Below are positions 18,701 to 27,793 of a DNA stretch of 40,642 nucleotides, in pieces. The notes under the pieces are model-generated. The model had not been told where the DNA came from. It worked only from the letters and a program-made list of their open reading frames with translations, and ran no database searches. The position numbers were made by a program, and so were the translations under genes. How positions within the stretch are numbered: the first letter of the stretch is position 1; each line of letters begins with the position of its first letter. The DNA comes from a virus (Duplodnaviria; Caudoviricetes). The stretch is from positions 1 through 40,642 of the IMG/VR virus record IMGVR_UViG_3300027619_000006. One strand, 5' to 3'.

Positions 18701-19317
18701 GATTGAATCTTGGCTGTTCAACGGACATGCGCGGCGGCGAGTGGGTGAACGTGGACCTGGTCGCGCCGACGCAGAGCACTTCCGGCGTGCCCATTGCGAC
18801 CGCCAAATTTGAGCGCGCCGACCTCGCGCTGCCCTGGCCGTGGGAAGACTCCAGCGTGGATGAGATCTACGCGGCAGACGTGTTCGAGCACGTCGGCGAT
18901 TGTCTTCATGGTTACGCGGATAACTGCACGCGATGTAATGACGGCGATCCGCGAGGAAGCGAGACTGTTCGCCACTGGTCTGGGCGCATCCACGTGATGT
19001 GCGAGGCGCACCGCGTGCTCAAGCCCGGCGGCATTCTGACCATGGAGTGCCCCGACGCGGCGAAGGGCGCGGGTCAGTGGCAGGATCCCACACACGTCAC
19101 ACCCTGGACGCCGAACGGACTGCAATACTTCGCCGACGGCTCGCCGGCGCACAAGCGGTTCGCCCAGGCGTACGGCATCACGGCGCGGTTCGAGGCGTTG
19201 AGCGTCACCGAGCGAAAGTACACAGAGAACGCGGGGCCACCGGCCGTACTCGGCGCGATGAACTACGTGCGCTGCGAAGTCTATAAGTTCACGGCGGTCC
19301 TGGAGTGCGTGAAATAG
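18697..19317 (+). CDS. SAM-dependent methyltransferase (Methyltransf_11-like)
   Basis: RLNLGC, WVNVD, DLALPWPWEDSSVDEIYAADVFEH, HRVLKPGG, WQDPTH. Confidence 0.9.
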   Translation: MRLNLGCSTDMRGGEWVNVDLVAPTQSTSGVPIATAKFERADLALPWPWEDSSVDEIYAADVFEHVGDCLHGYADNCTRCNDGDPRGSETVRHWSGRIHVMCEAHRVLKPGGILTMECPDAAKGAGQWQDPTHVTPWTPNGLQYFADGSPAHKRFAQAYGITARFEALSVTERKYTENAGPPAVLGAMNYVRCEVYKFTAVLECVK

Positions 19318-19318
19318 G

Positions 19319-20083
19319 ATGGGTTACTCCGTAATTATCCCGAGTCGTAATGTCGCCAACCTATCCGTGTGCGTGCGGCAGATCCGCGAGATGGGCGAGA
19401 CGTGCAGGGTGATTGTGGTGGATGATGGTCTTACGTGCGACTGGCAGACTTACTTCCGTTTGATCGGCGATGTCGAAGTGGCCAAAGGAATGGAGCCTTT
19501 TGTGTTCGCACGCGCAGTCAATCAGGGCATCCGCGCGTCCGGCACTGACGACGTGGTGATCTGCAACGACGACGCGCTACTGAGGACGTCAAAAGGTTTT
19601 TCGATCTTGCGCGACCAGATCGCCCGCACGCAACTATTCAACTACCCGTACGGCGCGATCTGTCCGAGCTTCACGCACGGGTCAGTTGGCACGCTGAACC
19701 TCGTGAATCGTGGTCGCAGCGGACTCGCCGAAGAGCACACCATGCTCGTGTTCGCGTGCGTCTACATTCCGCGCTCGACCATAGATCGCGTTGGGCTGCT
19801 CGACGAGCGCTTCGGTGTCAACGCCGGCGGTCCCGGCGCCAGAGGCTACGGGCTCGAAGACGACGATTACTCGCTGCGCATCCGTCAGTCCGGACTGAAG
19901 CTCGGCGTGTACGATGGCGTGCTAGTCGATCATCTGCCCGAATCGACCGGTCTCAAATCCACGTTTCGTCACGATCCCGAGCACCCGCACGATGTGACGA
20001 TTCACGAGCGGCTGTTCGCGGAGAAACATGGCCACTGGCCGGAAGGGCACGGCTTCGCGCCGGGAAAGTCGAGGATGAAATAA
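19319..20083 (+). CDS. Glycosyltransferase, GT2 family
   Basis: SVIIPS, VIVVDDG, FARAVNQGI, CNDD, VGLLDERF, YGLEDDDYSLR. Confidence 0.92.
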   Translation: MGYSVIIPSRNVANLSVCVRQIREMGETCRVIVVDDGLTCDWQTYFRLIGDVEVAKGMEPFVFARAVNQGIRASGTDDVVICNDDALLRTSKGFSILRDQIARTQLFNYPYGAICPSFTHGSVGTLNLVNRGRSGLAEEHTMLVFACVYIPRSTIDRVGLLDERFGVNAGGPGARGYGLEDDDYSLRIRQSGLKLGVYDGVLVDHLPESTGLKSTFRHDPEHPHDVTIHERLFAEKHGHWPEGHGFAPGKSRMK

Positions 20084-20659
20084 GTGAATCCGTTCGAGAA
20101 GTACCCTATACCCGGTTGGTTCGGCGACGATAACCGGGCGCAGTTGGACACGCTGCTGGGGTTTCACAAAATCAGAACCGTTGTCGAGGTCGGCTCGTTC
20201 CTTGGACTGTCCGCTGTGTGGTTCGCCCAGCGCGTGAACAGCGTCCACTGCGTCGATACCTGGTTCGAAGGTGCCACTTACGAGTCGGAAAACAATCTCG
20301 TCGGCACGCTGCGCCGGTGGGACTTGCCGCGCGATTTCTTCCCGCTGTTCCGCGACAACGTAATGCGCTCGGGCGTGTGGCACAAGATCACGCCGATCAA
20401 AGGCGACTCGCACTATGTCCACGGCGAGGTGCCAGTGGCTGACCTGGTGTATCTGGATGCGCGCCACGATTACCGCTCGGTGTGCCGCGACATCGAGATT
20501 TACCAAGACAAGGCCCGGGTTTGTTTATGTGGAGACGATTACTCCGTGCGCTATGAGTCCGATGGTAAGACGCCGGCATTCGGCGTCATTGAGGCCGTCA
20601 ACAAGTTGCTGCCAGATGCGCAGCACGTGGGGCCGTTTTGGTACTGGGTGAGACCTTGA
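20084..20659 (+). CDS. Class I SAM methyltransferase (Methyltransf_24-like), copy 1
   Basis: VEVGSFLGLS, CVDTW, DLVYLDARHDY, CGDDY. Confidence 0.9.
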   Translation: MNPFEKYPIPGWFGDDNRAQLDTLLGFHKIRTVVEVGSFLGLSAVWFAQRVNSVHCVDTWFEGATYESENNLVGTLRRWDLPRDFFPLFRDNVMRSGVWHKITPIKGDSHYVHGEVPVADLVYLDARHDYRSVCRDIEIYQDKARVCLCGDDYSVRYESDGKTPAFGVIEAVNKLLPDAQHVGPFWYWVRP

Positions 20660-21195
20660 AGCACCTACCGCTTACGCCCTGGCACTACGGCGAACCGATG
20701 GACGCGTGGCTGTACCCGCACGTGCGCGAGAAGCTGGCCGAGCTGATCGCGAAGCACGACATCCGCACTGTGCTGGAGATTGGCACGTGCTACGGCTGCT
20801 CGGCGATCTGGTTCGCGCAGCGAGTAGAGCGCGTGACGTGCATTGACACATGGGGCGACATCCCCGAGCACGGGCTGTACGACATCTACAAGCAATTCGT
20901 TGCCAACACGAAAGCTTCTGCACTCTACGAAGGCGACCGGCTCTACTGGATGGTGGCGAATTCTCATAACGTTCTGTCCGTGGCTGCATCTTACGACCTT
21001 GTGTACCTCGACGGCGACCACACTTACGAAGGCGTAAAGCAAGATATTGAGATGTACGGCCCACTCGCGAGCAAGGTGTTGTGCGGCGATGACTACGACG
21101 CGGACCTGCCGAGCGTGGCTGGTGTGATTCGCGCGGTCGATGAGTGCGTGCCAGATCGGCAGACGCACGGAAGGTTTTGGTACCTCGAAAAATGA
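20656..21195 (+). CDS. Class I SAM methyltransferase (Methyltransf_24-like), copy 2
   Basis: LEIGTCYGCS, CIDTW, DLVYLDGDHTY, CGDDY; TTGA overlap with the previous gene. Confidence 0.9.
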   Translation: MKHLPLTPWHYGEPMDAWLYPHVREKLAELIAKHDIRTVLEIGTCYGCSAIWFAQRVERVTCIDTWGDIPEHGLYDIYKQFVANTKASALYEGDRLYWMVANSHNVLSVAASYDLVYLDGDHTYEGVKQDIEMYGPLASKVLCGDDYDADLPSVAGVIRAVDECVPDRQTHGRFWYLEK

Positions 21196-21548
21196 ACAGA
21201 CGAGACTTGCTTAAATTTTTCAGCGTGGGCGCTCTTATTGTGCCGGTTGTTGAGGGCATTCCAGGAACTGAGGTGGCTAAGTTGATCGAAGTGCCACGGG
21301 TCGAGCCTGTGGAGTTCAGGCCTGCCAGCGGATTTCCTGACGGTGAGTGCGAGTGCGTGCTGTATATGCGCGAGTTAGCTGGGGCACGAACAAGTTATAG
21401 CTTCAACGCCTACACTGTAAAGATAGAATCGACTCACGATATGGTGGACGTGAGTAATATTCACAGTGCAGCGCGCCGTTTTCTCCCGAGACTCGTCAAT
21501 ACGAGGATGCTCTTGGAGATAACGGGTAGCGTGAGGACTGGAGAATGA
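21192..21548 (+). CDS. Twin-arginine-signal-like protein with a tail-tube-like segment
   Basis: MNRRDLLKFFSVGALIVP N-terminus; DMVDVSN shared with the tail tube protein. Confidence 0.65.
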   Translation: MNRRDLLKFFSVGALIVPVVEGIPGTEVAKLIEVPRVEPVEFRPASGFPDGECECVLYMRELAGARTSYSFNAYTVKIESTHDMVDVSNIHSAARRFLPRLVNTRMLLEITGSVRTGE

Positions 21549-22597
21549 AACTCCTAATCACCGGTTCAGCCGGATTCATCGGTTCGCACGCGGTCAAAGC
21601 GGCGCTCGCACGCGGATGGGAGGTTGACTCGCTGGATATCCGCGCGCGTCCGCCACGCCACGCCGACGTGCGGCTGCTGACCCGCATGGAGTGCGACGTG
21701 GTGCTACACCTCGCGGCGTACAGCAGCAACGCGGGCTTCGCCGACAACCTGGCCGACAACTACGCGTGCAACGTGATGGGCACGTGGAACGTGCTGCGGC
21801 TCGCCGCACAGAGCGGTGCGCGCGTGGTGTACGCCAGCAGCAGCGCGGTGTACGGGCGGAACAGCGACGGTACTATGTCGGACTCTGAGTTTGACTTGCT
21901 CGATCTGCAGTTGATAAACAGCCACTATGCCAAATCAAAACTGATAAATGAGATGATGGCGGCTTCCTACCAGACCGCTGGCGTTAACTGCCTCGGGCTG
22001 CGGATCTTCAACGCGTACGGCGCGGGCGACGAACTGAAACCACCCGGCAAGCAAGCGCCACCGACCTGGATGCACATTGCTAAAGAGCGCGGCGAACCAA
22101 TCGTGATCTACGGCGACGGCACCCAGGCCAAGGACTTTATCCATGTGTCGGATGTGGTGGAGATCATCATGCGCCTGATCGAGTCGGACGCGACCGGCAT
22201 TGTCAACGTGGGAACTGGCGTGGCAACGAGCTTCAACGATCTCGCGGCTATGATAGGCGGCGACAAGTATCTGGTCAACAACAGGCCGATCCCCGATCCC
22301 GCGAGTTATCAGCACTTCACACGCGCGGACACCACGCGGCTGCTGTCGATCATCCGGCCGTACGAATTCAAGAGCATCGAGGAGGGATTGGCGCTGTGGA
22401 GTTTTTGCCTGATTGATCCGCCTCCATTGAAAGACCGGGAAGTCAGAGTGTCGCGGTCGCAGTTCCATGAGATTGCGCTGCTTTCCGCGCGCCTTGAAGG
22501 GGGACTGATGACAGAGAGGGAACATGCCGACAGATGCAAAGAGATATGCCCCGATCTTATTGACGACGGTATTCCCAATCGCCTGGTGGTGAAATGA
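21545..22597 (+). CDS. NAD-dependent nucleotide-sugar epimerase/dehydratase (extended SDR)
   Basis: ITGSAGFIG, HLAA, YASSSAVYG, catalytic YAKSK, LRIFNAYG, IYGDGTQAKDFIHVSD. Confidence 0.93.
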   Translation: MKLLITGSAGFIGSHAVKAALARGWEVDSLDIRARPPRHADVRLLTRMECDVVLHLAAYSSNAGFADNLADNYACNVMGTWNVLRLAAQSGARVVYASSSAVYGRNSDGTMSDSEFDLLDLQLINSHYAKSKLINEMMAASYQTAGVNCLGLRIFNAYGAGDELKPPGKQAPPTWMHIAKERGEPIVIYGDGTQAKDFIHVSDVVEIIMRLIESDATGIVNVGTGVATSFNDLAAMIGGDKYLVNNRPIPDPASYQHFTRADTTRLLSIIRPYEFKSIEEGLALWSFCLIDPPPLKDREVRVSRSQFHEIALLSARLEGGLMTEREHADRCKEICPDLIDDGIPNRLVVK

Positions 22598-23400
22598 AAA
22601 TCCAAGCCTTCATGCCCGTGTTCAATGAATCTGCCATCCTCCCGCACACGCTGCGCCACCTGCATGAGCAGGGCTGCGCGGTGCATGTGATCGACGGGTG
22701 GAGCACCGACGGCAGTTACGAGATTGCGGCACAACGTGAGGCTTTCGAGGATCGGATAAACTGTGCGCGACCTGTCACAGTAGAGCGCTTCCCCGCGGCC
22801 GGCCCCGATCTAATCCAGAATTGCACGGCGATCCTGAAGCGCATCGAAGATCTGGCCGCGGAGTCTGACGCCGATTGGATTCTCTACACGGACGCGGATG
22901 AATGGCGGCGCGCGCCAGAGTCGACACCAGGCACAACGTTAGCGCAAGCCGTAGAACTGGTGGACACGTACGACTACAGCGCCATCGACTTCCGCGTGTT
23001 CCAGTTCTATCCGACCATCGATACTGTAAGTTGGACGGAATGGAAGCGTGTGGGCCCCGAGACGTACTTCCGCTACTACGACGAGTCCGACTGCATCTCG
23101 CGAATCCCGAATCGCAAGCTCTGGAAGAACGTGGGACGCGTGCAACTGGCCGGCGGCGGGCATGAGGTCACATTCCCCGGCATGCGCATCTACCCACACC
23201 GATTCACGATGAAGCACTACCCGTTCCGCACGCCCGAGCAAGCGCGGCGGAAGATCGAGACGCGACTCTCCAGGCGCCGGATGGAGGAGCACGCCAAGGG
23301 TTGGGGTGTGCACTATGATCAATACCCGCCTGGGTTCGACTTCTGTTGGGACCCGGCAAAACTGCTGTACTGGCAAGACACAAGGAGTGCGCTGCCATGA
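22594..23400 (+). CDS. Glycosyltransferase, GT2-like (Glyco_tranf_2_4 type)
   Basis: PVFNESAIL, VIDGWSTDGS, WILYTDADE, GGHE, MKHYPFRT. Confidence 0.88.
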   Translation: MKIQAFMPVFNESAILPHTLRHLHEQGCAVHVIDGWSTDGSYEIAAQREAFEDRINCARPVTVERFPAAGPDLIQNCTAILKRIEDLAAESDADWILYTDADEWRRAPESTPGTTLAQAVELVDTYDYSAIDFRVFQFYPTIDTVSWTEWKRVGPETYFRYYDESDCISRIPNRKLWKNVGRVQLAGGGHEVTFPGMRIYPHRFTMKHYPFRTPEQARRKIETRLSRRRMEEHAKGWGVHYDQYPPGFDFCWDPAKLLYWQDTRSALP

Positions 23401-23612
23401 AACGCCGCGCCGCGCTGTGTTTGTCATTCGAGGCTTTGCGCAAACTTCTGCACCTGCGCGACGATCTGGAAATAATCGGCTTCCGGGTAAATCTCCTAGA
23501 GGAAACAGTAGATTTTATCCTGGTGGGAGAGTCGCTGTCTGAGCAACCGCGCAAGTCTCCGATGATCCGCAAGCCGTTACGAGAGTTGATTGATTGGGAA
23601 TTAGGGCTATAA
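23397..23612 (+). CDS. Hypothetical protein, 71 aa
   Basis: AAGGAG RBS and ATGA overlap. Confidence 0.6.
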   Translation: MKRRAALCLSFEALRKLLHLRDDLEIIGFRVNLLEETVDFILVGESLSEQPRKSPMIRKPLRELIDWELGL

Positions 23613-23613
23613 T
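23586..23613 (+). promoter_or_regulatory. Promoter for the portal gene (leaderless)
   Basis: TTGATT-16 nt-TATAAT, with the ATG 6 nt downstream. Confidence 0.65.
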
Positions 23614-23619
23614 TCCCAC

Positions 23620-25620
23620 ATGCGTAACCGCCTCAATCGCTGGCTTGCCGCCGCTTGGCGCAAGCTCAACCCGCGCAATCCTGTACCCGCACTTATCGCT
23701 GAGAATCGCGCACTATCGCAAGCCCTCGCTTCTCGCCAGTCGCGCCAAGATGAGCAGATGGAAAAGGCGCGCCAGTTTCTCGCTGAGATCGTCGAGGCGC
23801 AGAGCATGTGCGGCTCCGGCCCGTGGCAGGCGCAGAACCTCGGCGGTCGCGATGTGCCCCAGGTGCGGCTGCCAGTGCGCGTGGCGGAGTCGCTGGGGCT
23901 GCAAGAGGCCGGACCGATTGGTGATGTGAACCCGATCGGCGCGTACGGCATGTACGAGCTGATCCTGCAAAACGTTCAATGGCAGCGCGAGATAAATTAC
24001 TCGTGGCTCGAATTTACGCGGTGGGGCATCCAGCAGATCATTCTCATTTGCAGGTTGTACTACATAAAAAACCCGATCCCGCGGCGGCTGGTGGATGTGA
24101 TCGCGCAATACACTTTCGCCCGCGGGTTCGACGTGACGACGGACGATGAGGACGCGAACGACGTAATCAAGCAAATCCTGCAGAACAACGCGAAGACGTT
24201 TGGTCACGTCGCGCTCACTGCTCAGCAGCGCTCGAAGGTGACCGACGGCAATCTGTTCTGGGTCTACTTCACTGACCCGGGCACAGGCGAGTGCGAAGAG
24301 CGTCTGATCGATGCGACCGAGATCCAGGACATCTGGACTGACCCGGAAGACGCCGACGTGCCGCAATACTATCAGCGCATCTGGACGCAGCGTGCGCACG
24401 ACGCGGCGAGCGGATCGAGCGCCACGCGCACCCGCAAGGCTTGGTACCCGGCGATAAATTTCGACCCGCCAGTAAAGCCACCGACAATCAACGGCGATGA
24501 GGTCATGTGGGGTTCGCCTGTCTACCACCGCAAGATCGGCACGGTCGGTAAGTGGCTGTTCGGCTGCCCGCCGATGTACCCCATGATCGACTGGGCGAAG
24601 GAGTCGCGCCACTATCTGGAGTCCTGCGCATCGGTGGCGCAATCGCTGGCGCAGTGGGCCACGGTGGTCACCACTAAGGGTGGCCAGCAGGCCATCGAAG
24701 GCATCAAGCAGCAGATGCAAACGCAGGTGGGACCCGGCTCGCCGATCTACGACACCAACCCGGAGGCAGTCGCCGGTGGTGGCTTCGTGAGCGGACCCGG
24801 TACCACGCTGAAGGCATTCTCGACGCAGGGCGCGGGACTCGACCCCGAGAAGGTGCGCCGCTATCTGCTGTTCTGCTGCATGTGCCTGGGCATGCCAGAA
24901 ACTTTTCTAGGCGACGTGTCGACGGGCAATCTCGCCACCGCAACGAGCCTCGATAGACCGACAGAGACCGTCTTTCTGTCGATCCAGGAAGAGTGGATTG
25001 AGGATATCACCGTCCGGATGTCGTACATGCTCTCGCAGAGCGCGAAAGCTCCGGGCGGGAAGCTTCGCGAGGCAGCAAAGGGCGTGAAGATCCGTATCGT
25101 TGCGGCAGAGCGCAAGATCGCAACCACGCCGTCTGGCGCGCGCTACTGGGGATTCCGCGAGGCGAAGCAAAAGCAGCCCGATGTCATCGAGGTGCGCGTG
25201 CAGTTCCCGGCGATCCGCGAGGGCGACATGGCAACACTCATCGGTGCGGGAGTGCAGGCGCTCACCTTGGCGAACAAGGGCGGCCAGATCGTTGGCGTTG
25301 ATGAGAGGGCGGGTATTCTGTGGCTAATGAAACAGCTTGGCCTGGAGAATGCTGAAGAGTTGATCGAGAAAATGTATCCGACGAGCGGCAAAGACAAGTA
25401 CGACCCCAATAGGGCCAAAGAGGAACTACCTCCGCCGATCCAAAAGGCTCAGCCTGTCGCGGGCGTGCAGCCACAGCCCGGCGCAGTGCAGGCGACGGTG
25501 GCAACGCAGACCGGCGAGCAGCCCGCGCAACCTGCGGTCAAAGAGGCGATCTTGCGGGCCACGGCGCGGCTGAATGAGGCGGTCGCGGTTCATCTGGCAG
25601 ACGATGAGGAGGACGATTGA
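23620..25620 (+). CDS. Portal protein
   Basis: Size and position before MuF/protease; YIKNPIPRRLVD, DGNLF, GMPETFLGDVSTGNLATA motifs typical of portals. Confidence 0.85.
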   Translation: MRNRLNRWLAAAWRKLNPRNPVPALIAENRALSQALASRQSRQDEQMEKARQFLAEIVEAQSMCGSGPWQAQNLGGRDVPQVRLPVRVAESLGLQEAGPIGDVNPIGAYGMYELILQNVQWQREINYSWLEFTRWGIQQIILICRLYYIKNPIPRRLVDVIAQYTFARGFDVTTDDEDANDVIKQILQNNAKTFGHVALTAQQRSKVTDGNLFWVYFTDPGTGECEERLIDATEIQDIWTDPEDADVPQYYQRIWTQRAHDAASGSSATRTRKAWYPAINFDPPVKPPTINGDEVMWGSPVYHRKIGTVGKWLFGCPPMYPMIDWAKESRHYLESCASVAQSLAQWATVVTTKGGQQAIEGIKQQMQTQVGPGSPIYDTNPEAVAGGGFVSGPGTTLKAFSTQGAGLDPEKVRRYLLFCCMCLGMPETFLGDVSTGNLATATSLDRPTETVFLSIQEEWIEDITVRMSYMLSQSAKAPGGKLREAAKGVKIRIVAAERKIATTPSGARYWGFREAKQKQPDVIEVRVQFPAIREGDMATLIGAGVQALTLANKGGQIVGVDERAGILWLMKQLGLENAEELIEKMYPTSGKDKYDPNRAKEELPPPIQKAQPVAGVQPQPGAVQATVATQTGEQPAQPAVKEAILRATARLNEAVAVHLADDEEDD

Positions 25621-26153
25621 ATCTCACACCCGTTGAATCCTCGCACATCGCGGCAATCGGATATTTGGAGGCAGAGCGCGTTCTGCTCGTGCGGTACAAA
25701 GACGGCAGCCTGTACGCGCAGCCGGGATGGAATTCCGTGGCGTGGGAAAACCTGCAGCGCGCGCCGAGTAAAGGCAAAGCCATCAAGGCTTGCGCCAATC
25801 CAATGGTTCTGATCACGAAAGGGGTGATGCCAACTGACACCGCCGGACCCACGGCAATCGAACTACCAGAAAAGGAGCCAGCCGACAATGCAGCGCCGTC
25901 GGCTGGCTCGCTCAAGCCTGACTCGATATCAGGTATCACGCTGATCGTGCCGAACGCATGCCTCGATGTAATCGACGAGGACGCGGACAAGTGCTGCCGC
26001 AAGTTCTTTGCGGCGCTGGGACCATCAGGCTTATGTGTCGCCGAGGCTCTGACGTGTCGCGACTGTGGGACACAGTTCATTCCGTCAACAGTCGGACCTA
26101 ACCGCCACTGGCGCATCGTGCCGACCGTGGCGATTGTGAGTCCGCGGCGATGA
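25617..26153 (+). CDS. KTSC-domain protein with C-terminal Cys-rich (Zn-ribbon-like) domain
   Basis: PVESSHIAAIGY...LLVRYKDGSLY...APSKGK matches the KTSC pattern; CC...CRDCG at the C-terminus. Confidence 0.8.
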   Translation: MNLTPVESSHIAAIGYLEAERVLLVRYKDGSLYAQPGWNSVAWENLQRAPSKGKAIKACANPMVLITKGVMPTDTAGPTAIELPEKEPADNAAPSAGSLKPDSISGITLIVPNACLDVIDEDADKCCRKFFAALGPSGLCVAEALTCRDCGTQFIPSTVGPNRHWRIVPTVAIVSPRR

Positions 26154-27475
26154 GTCTCCGCGCCATCGCCGAAGCCGCTAACGATCTGGCCGAGCTGCTC
26201 GAAAAGAGCGCGCCTAAGGGTCTGCTACACCCTCGCCACGCGGTGCACATCAAGCCAGCGCGCGCCGCGATCAAGCGTGTGATGGTGCATTTCTTCGAGA
26301 GACAGCGCAAGGCCGTTCTAGCGGCGGTCAAGCCTCACATCGAGCGAGAGTTGCTGCTACACCCGCGAACTAACAAGGAATCCTTCCGAGTTGCGGAGGC
26401 ATCGCAGGGTGGCAAAACCTTCGCGCGTGCGCTCATACCAACATCTCTGCATCCGCTGTCATTCTCGCCGACAGCCGGCGAAACGTCCGAGTACAACGAG
26501 GCCATCACAGATCTGATCGGTGCGGCCGCGAAGAGTCTGGGCACCACGGCTGGCCCCGACTTCGCGGGCGACTACCTCGCCAAGAACTCGCTGAGTAAAC
26601 TGACGGGAGGATTGAACTCGACCAGCATCGAGCGGTTGCAAGATGCTCTGGCGACCAGTTGGGACGCGGGCGGCGACTACGATTCGATGGTCAAGGCGAT
26701 TACTGACACGTTCGACGATTTCACCACCACGCGGGCCGAACTGATCGCGCAAACAGAGGCCAATGATGCCTACTCCGATGCGCGCCAGCAGATTGCAGTC
26801 GAAGCGGGACTCGACGAGAAACGCTGGGACCCCGACGGCGACGCGTGCCCCGAGTGCCAGGCCAACGCCGATCAAGGCTGGATAGACATCGAGGATTCTT
26901 TCGACAGCGGCGACGATGCGCCGACGTCCCACCCAGGCTGCGATTGCGGATGCGATTATCGTAAATCACCGGACATGGAGGAATCCTTGCGAGAGGCGGA
27001 AGCGTGGGAAGACGAGCCGCGCAACTCAAAGGGCGAATGGACATCGGGTGGCGATGGCTCGACCGCTGAAGAGCGCGCTAAGGACCGAGTAGAGCGCGCG
27101 AAAGCGAGCGCAGTGCGCACAGGACAACATGAGCAAGCGATAGCAGATCGCAGCGAGGCTGTGCTGTCGCAGGCCATTGGCGTGCCGCGAACGCCAAATA
27201 ACCAAGCGTTCGATCTCGAAAATGACGATGTTGGGATTGAGGTAAAAACGCTGGTCAACGGGAAAAATGAAAAGATCACGATGAGCAAAACCGCTCTCGC
27301 GAGAAAGCTTGGTGCGCTCGATGGTCGCAAGGGATACACCGTCGTTGTCGATCGGCGTTCCGGAGGCTTGACAGGTCAAGCGACCTACTACTACCGAGAG
27401 GGATTTGGATCGTTTCGGCTTGGCTCGATGACAAAGACGACCCTCTCTGAGCTCCGCTCAATCGTGAAAAGTTGA
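26150..27475 (+). CDS. MuF/SPP1 gp7-like head morphogenesis protein with C-terminal PD-(D/E)xK nuclease-like extension
   Basis: RAELIAQTE, KRW...ACPEC, PTSHPGCDC (MuF); linker EPRNSKGEWTSGG; then E...FDL...IEVKT. Confidence 0.85.
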   Translation: MSLRAIAEAANDLAELLEKSAPKGLLHPRHAVHIKPARAAIKRVMVHFFERQRKAVLAAVKPHIERELLLHPRTNKESFRVAEASQGGKTFARALIPTSLHPLSFSPTAGETSEYNEAITDLIGAAAKSLGTTAGPDFAGDYLAKNSLSKLTGGLNSTSIERLQDALATSWDAGGDYDSMVKAITDTFDDFTTTRAELIAQTEANDAYSDARQQIAVEAGLDEKRWDPDGDACPECQANADQGWIDIEDSFDSGDDAPTSHPGCDCGCDYRKSPDMEESLREAEAWEDEPRNSKGEWTSGGDGSTAEERAKDRVERAKASAVRTGQHEQAIADRSEAVLSQAIGVPRTPNNQAFDLENDDVGIEVKTLVNGKNEKITMSKTALARKLGALDGRKGYTVVVDRRSGGLTGQATYYYREGFGSFRLGSMTKTTLSELRSIVKS

Positions 27476-27481
27476 TATAAT
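27473..27481 (+). promoter_or_regulatory. Extended -10 promoter TGATATAAT (leaderless)
   Basis: Consensus TGnTATAAT, with ATG 27488 6 nt downstream. Confidence 0.7.
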
Positions 27482-27487
27482 AGAATC

Positions 27488-27793
27488 ATGAGTTTAAGCG
27501 TAGCCAATTACGATTGGGTGAAGGGCAAGGACTCCGGAATCCTGGGTCAATTCGCGACGACCCTGGGTTACACGGAACTCATCTCGGCGGCGCGCGGACA
27601 TGAATATCCAGTCTTGGCCGCATTCTTTGGCAGCGGAACATCGGACGATCTTGCAGGCATACTAAGCGAGCTAAAAAGTCTTGCCGATGCCACGTCGAGC
27701 GCCAATGTCCGCGGATGTGCAATAGCCCTGCGCAGGCTCACAGCGGGACAGACCAAGCTGCCCCTCGTAATCACTGACGGTGCGCGTCCTTAG
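27488..27793 (+). CDS. Candidate immunity protein for the MuF toxin
   Basis: Small ORF directly after the MuF-nuclease gene, with its own promoter. Function is inferred from position only. Confidence 0.55.
   Translation: MSLSVANYDWVKGKDSGILGQFATTLGYTELISAARGHEYPVLAAFFGSGTSDDLAGILSELKSLADATSSANVRGCAIALRRLTAGQTKLPLVITDGARP

Noticed and set aside
11930-23400. 5mC-TET-glycosyltransferase DNA hypermodification pathway
   Set aside because: No 2OG-Fe dioxygenase, hydroxymethylase or DNA polymerase was recognised, and the methylase is not linked to the GT operon. Not formally excluded.
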